Positions 28,956 through 32,000 of a stretch of 32,000 nucleotides of DNA are shown here, one piece after another. The position numbers and the translations under genes were made by a program. This DNA is from Pseudoalteromonas tetraodonis (GTDB lineage: Bacteria; Pseudomonadota; Gammaproteobacteria; Enterobacterales; Alteromonadaceae): assembly GCF_002310835.1 (NCBI RefSeq), contig NZ_CP011042.1, positions 540,001 to 572,000 on the forward strand, given 5' to 3'. The notes below the pieces were generated by a model. The model searched no databases. It was not told where the DNA came from and saw nothing but the letters and a program-made list of their open reading frames with translations. The first letter of the stretch is position 1, and every line of letters starts with the position of its first letter.

Positions 28956-29105
28956 AATAGCACTTACAGTTCTTAATCTATTAATAATGCGGCTCCTAAA
29001 CTGGATGAGCATTGATGCTTTAATTTTTATTTAGCATATTCCACTGCGTGGTCTATGCATAAATTTTATTAATGCTCAAACGCCCAGTTTGCTTTAGGGA
29101 GTACA

Positions 29106-30131
29106 ATGCAAGAAAATTTACTGAATTCAGTCATCAAAATAACAAAAAATAGAGATGTAGATTCTCTTGAATATAGTTTGATATCGACCATCCAAGAATT
29201 TATAGGCTGTAAAGAAGTCTCAGTTTATAAAGATATAGAAGTTCAAGGCCAACTGACTATTGAGCAAAGTCTTTGCTTAAAAGTCACGGGTGAAAAGCAA
29301 TTCGAGTGGGTACAACGACAAATTGTTGCACAGCCTGAGGATGAACTTCTATCGTGTTTACGTTCTGCCTGTATTATTACTGTTCAGTCTGCCGATGGAA
29401 TTGAACGCCGTTGGCTCCCCATTACCCGCCAAGAAAAAACAGTTGCTGCCATTTCTGTGGTTTCAAAAAGTTTAGATAGTTCGGCTCAAGTGATGCTAAA
29501 TGCTTTTTGCCGCATATTTGAAAACTATTTAGTGATACTCCATGAAAACGAAAGAGATAAATTAACGGGGCTGTTAAATAGACAGACATTTGAGAAAAAA
29601 ATAAAACAGCTAATTGAAAAACAAGTATTAAAAATGCACGGCTCATCCCGAGATAAGGATAAAAGGCAACAAAAGCAGGCATCAACATCTTGGCTGGCTA
29701 TTTTAGATATTGATCATTTTAAAAATATAAATGATCAATACGGTCATATCTGTGGAGATGAAGTGTTACTCGTATTAGCGCAAAAAATGCGTCACTTTTT
29801 TCGCTCAACAGATTTAATTTTTCGTTTTGGTGGGGAAGAATTCGTGATTGTTTTTGAGCCCACAGACGCTGACTCAATCAGTAATAAAATGGCTGAATTT
29901 ATACAGCTCATTAGAGATACATCGTTTCCTTTTGTTGAAAATATGACGATCAGTGCTGGTTTAGCGCGTATTAGTCCTTATGATTTTCCAATTGCAGTGC
30001 TAGAAAGCGCAGATAAAGCGCTTTATTATGCAAAAAATAATGGCCGAGATAAATTTTGTATCTATGAAGATTTACTTGCCGAGAACTTAATCAGTGTACA
30101 AGTTAATTCCTCAGAAATAGATTTATTTTAA
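29106..30131 (+). CDS. Diguanylate cyclase (GAF-like N-terminal sensor plus GGDEF domain)
   Basis: 341 aa. It has DKLTGLLNR, an active-site GGEEF in RFGGEEFVIVF, and an RxxD I-site (RSTD) five residues upstream. DKALYYAKNNGRDKF is also present. Confidence 0.9.
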   Translation: MQENLLNSVIKITKNRDVDSLEYSLISTIQEFIGCKEVSVYKDIEVQGQLTIEQSLCLKVTGEKQFEWVQRQIVAQPEDELLSCLRSACIITVQSADGIERRWLPITRQEKTVAAISVVSKSLDSSAQVMLNAFCRIFENYLVILHENERDKLTGLLNRQTFEKKIKQLIEKQVLKMHGSSRDKDKRQQKQASTSWLAILDIDHFKNINDQYGHICGDEVLLVLAQKMRHFFRSTDLIFRFGGEEFVIVFEPTDADSISNKMAEFIQLIRDTSFPFVENMTISAGLARISPYDFPIAVLESADKALYYAKNNGRDKFCIYEDLLAENLISVQVNSSEIDLF

Positions 30132-30132
30132 A

Positions 30133-31056
30133 CTACTGCGGCTGAGGATGGCTTCGCTGCACTTTCACTTTGGTTACTTGGTCGAGCTTTATAAAATAAA
30201 CATTGCCGCCAATGCCTTTGAATTCTTCATCGGTAAAGGCGATGGTATTGTCATCATAAAAGGTGATTGCCTCTTTTTGGGTTACAATACCTAAGTCAAT
30301 TTTAAATACATCGCCAGAGAAAAACTTATCGCCTTTAAAGTTTTCAAACAGCCAAATACTGGTTGAATCTAATAGTGCGAGCTTTGTTCTATCTGGGCTA
30401 AGTGCTGCGGATGTGATCCAGCAAAGCTTTTCCATGGTGGTGCACGTTTTAAATGAATCTATCAGCTGGGCATCAAAATTCGCTGCATGGTCACCTACTT
30501 TGTAAACGTTAGTAATTCCATCGAATGGCTCTGTGCGATTTTTAGTAAACAAGTATAAATGTCGACCAAAAGCCACAAACGCTTCTAAGTCATAATTACG
30601 TTGATCAGGTTGTATTGGGCTGCCATCTAATTCTGGGTAGGTAAACTTTATAATTTCAGCTTCTGTTGTATTGGTTTTTATATCTATGGGGTTTTCTATT
30701 TTATAAATTGTTAGCCATTTACGTTCATTTTTATTATTACCAAAGTCGCCTAAAAAGAAATGACCAAACTTATTTTGCGTCATATCTTCCCAGTCTATAT
30801 TTTTTGCATTCGTGACGAGTACTTCTTTTGCAATTGAACCATCGTCATTGAGCCTATAAAGCTTAGGCTCGTCGCCACTATCGTTAATAGCCCAAAGCCG
30901 TTTATGTTTATCAAACTCAATGCCTGAAATTTCTTTTAGTTTTGGGTCTACAGAGACCACCTTTTTACTATATAGTGTATAAATTGAACTGCCTACAACA
31001 GCCGTAATGATGCTAAAGACGATAACAGAAGTAATAAGGATGCTTTTTTTCAACAT
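30133..31056 (-). CDS. Membrane-anchored beta-propeller protein (SdiA-regulated / phytase-like fold)
   Basis: 307 aa with an N-terminal TM anchor (ILITSVIVFSIITAVVGSSI). The strings ISGIEFDKHKRLWAINDSGD and IDWEDMT...FFLGDFGNNKNERK resemble this propeller class. The family name is unverified. Confidence 0.55.
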   Translation of the reverse strand: MLKKSILITSVIVFSIITAVVGSSIYTLYSKKVVSVDPKLKEISGIEFDKHKRLWAINDSGDEPKLYRLNDDGSIAKEVLVTNAKNIDWEDMTQNKFGHFFLGDFGNNKNERKWLTIYKIENPIDIKTNTTEAEIIKFTYPELDGSPIQPDQRNYDLEAFVAFGRHLYLFTKNRTEPFDGITNVYKVGDHAANFDAQLIDSFKTCTTMEKLCWITSAALSPDRTKLALLDSTSIWLFENFKGDKFFSGDVFKIDLGIVTQKEAITFYDDNTIAFTDEEFKGIGGNVYFIKLDQVTKVKVQRSHPQPQ

Positions 31057-31440
31057 TGTATTTAAGTGTTCATCGGGTTGGCTGAGTAGATAGTTATTAT
31101 CGCTGATGATGTTGTTAAGCTAAAGGTTTTTATAGTTTTAATGTAGTAATAAAAATTAATAAGTATGTGTTTAAGGACAAAAGCAAATTAATTAGCTGTT
31201 ATGGTGTAGTTGGTTTAAAAGTTGCTCAGTTGCAGTGCTTACTTAAAAATCAGTTTTAATGGTTAAAATTGCACCAAACCAGTGCGGTAAAATAAATAAC
31301 GCACTGTAATAATGCGTAAATAAAGTTTTGATTAACTTTAAAGCTGTTTTTATGTGAATGAATGGATTCCACATCGCCTTTTTAAGCTGTTTGGCCTGTG
31401 GCAAAGATGAATAACCCTTATGGTTTAGTTGGAGCCTATT

Positions 31441-31743
31441 ATGTTGAATAAACGCTTTTTTAAAACAAAAAATGAAGCAGAAGTAACCTTTGAATTTTCT
31501 CACCCAGATGCAGATGATGTCTGTTTACTTGGAGAATTTAATGATTGGCAGCCGGTGCCAATGAAGCACAACAAAAAGCTTGGTGTATTTAAATGCAAGC
31601 AACGTCTTCCCGTTGATAAAGAGTTTCATTTTCGCTATTTAATAAATGGTAAACAGTGGGATAACGATCATCAGGCTGATGGGTATATTGCTAATAATTT
31701 TGGTACAGAAAATAGTATAGTAAATACACAACGCATTAATTAA
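31441..31743 (+). CDS. Stand-alone CBM48 / AMPK-beta glycogen-binding (isoamylase early-set) domain protein
   Basis: The ATG at 31441 has GGAG 7 nt upstream, and the track start at 31429 is a TTG. VTFEFSHPDADDVCLLGEFNDWQPVPM...FHFRYLINGKQWDNDHQAD is the classic CBM48 pattern. Confidence 0.75.
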   Translation: MLNKRFFKTKNEAEVTFEFSHPDADDVCLLGEFNDWQPVPMKHNKKLGVFKCKQRLPVDKEFHFRYLINGKQWDNDHQADGYIANNFGTENSIVNTQRIN

Positions 31744-31752
31744 GGTCGCTGA

Positions 31753-32000
31753 ATGGACGCACTATCGCAATTGTTTTATTTGCATGGTATTGGTTACGAA
31801 TACACTAAGTATACGGGTGAACACGTTATATTTAGCGAAGACACCCGTAAATCTGCTTTGCACTGCTGTGGCGTTGACACACGTGATACGGCGCAAATAA
31901 CCCAGTTAAATTATCAATTGGATGCGGCTACGTGGTTAACACTCGCACCTGCTGTTAGCATAATAGATCAGGCTAGTAATGTGCTAAAGGTGCGTGTTAA
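31753..32000 (+). CDS. malQ: 4-alpha-glucanotransferase (amylomaltase), N-terminal fragment running off the window
   Basis: An ATG 9 nt after the previous stop opens a frame that stays open to the window edge. MDALSQLFYLHGIGYEYTKYTGEHVIFSEDTRKSALHCCGVD resembles the MalQ N-terminal domain (GI..Y....G....IS.ET...LL). It is partial, so the call is tentative. Confidence 0.5.
   Translation, partial: MDALSQLFYLHGIGYEYTKYTGEHVIFSEDTRKSALHCCGVDTRDTAQITQLNYQLDAATWLTLAPAVSIIDQASNVLKVRV

Noticed and set aside
31243-31503. 86-aa minus-strand ORF upstream of, and overlapping, the CBM48 gene start.
   Set aside because: It is a Lys/Phe-rich low-complexity translation of AT-rich intergenic DNA with no RBS. 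It also overlaps the better-supported plus-strand gene.

Overview
This 32-kb window reads like core chromosome of an AT-rich marine gammaproteobacterium. Protein strings and gene order look Pseudoalteromonas/Alteromonadales-like, but that is inference only. About 30 densely packed protein genes are supported. I found no rRNA or tRNA, no CRISPR array, no transposase, integrase or phage genes, and no recognisable defence-system gene. From left to right the window holds: a lemA-DUF3137 membrane pair; an orphan gene behind a near-consensus LexA box; a plant-type DapA paralogue; DUF4105 and DUF3015-like envelope proteins; an RhlE-like DEAD-box helicase; a secreted amidase; an FAD oxidoreductase and a 7Fe ferredoxin; a CBM9/DUF5916-like outer-membrane protein; and a roughly 263-bp nested palindromic element. 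It continues with a betI-betB-betA operon extended by a compact BCCT-like transporter and a TorF-type porin; two translationally coupled small unknown genes divergent from a DUF1704/MATCAP-type (QEGLA) metallopeptidase; astC-astA-astD plus a DUF1338 gene with a divergent Lrp/AsnC regulator; a GAF-like/GGDEF cyclase convergent with a beta-propeller protein; and the start of a glycogen/maltodextrin cluster (CBM48 protein, malQ). I do not see a clear-cut novel multi-gene system. The best leads are the SOS-box-controlled orphan protein (2376-3097), the small overlapping gene pair next to the MATCAP-like peptidase (20871-22857), the structured palindromic element (14348-14610), the extended bet locus, and the DUF1338 gene fused to the ast operon. 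Several ORF-track starts are non-ATG upstream extensions, and I have trimmed them to the plausible ATG.
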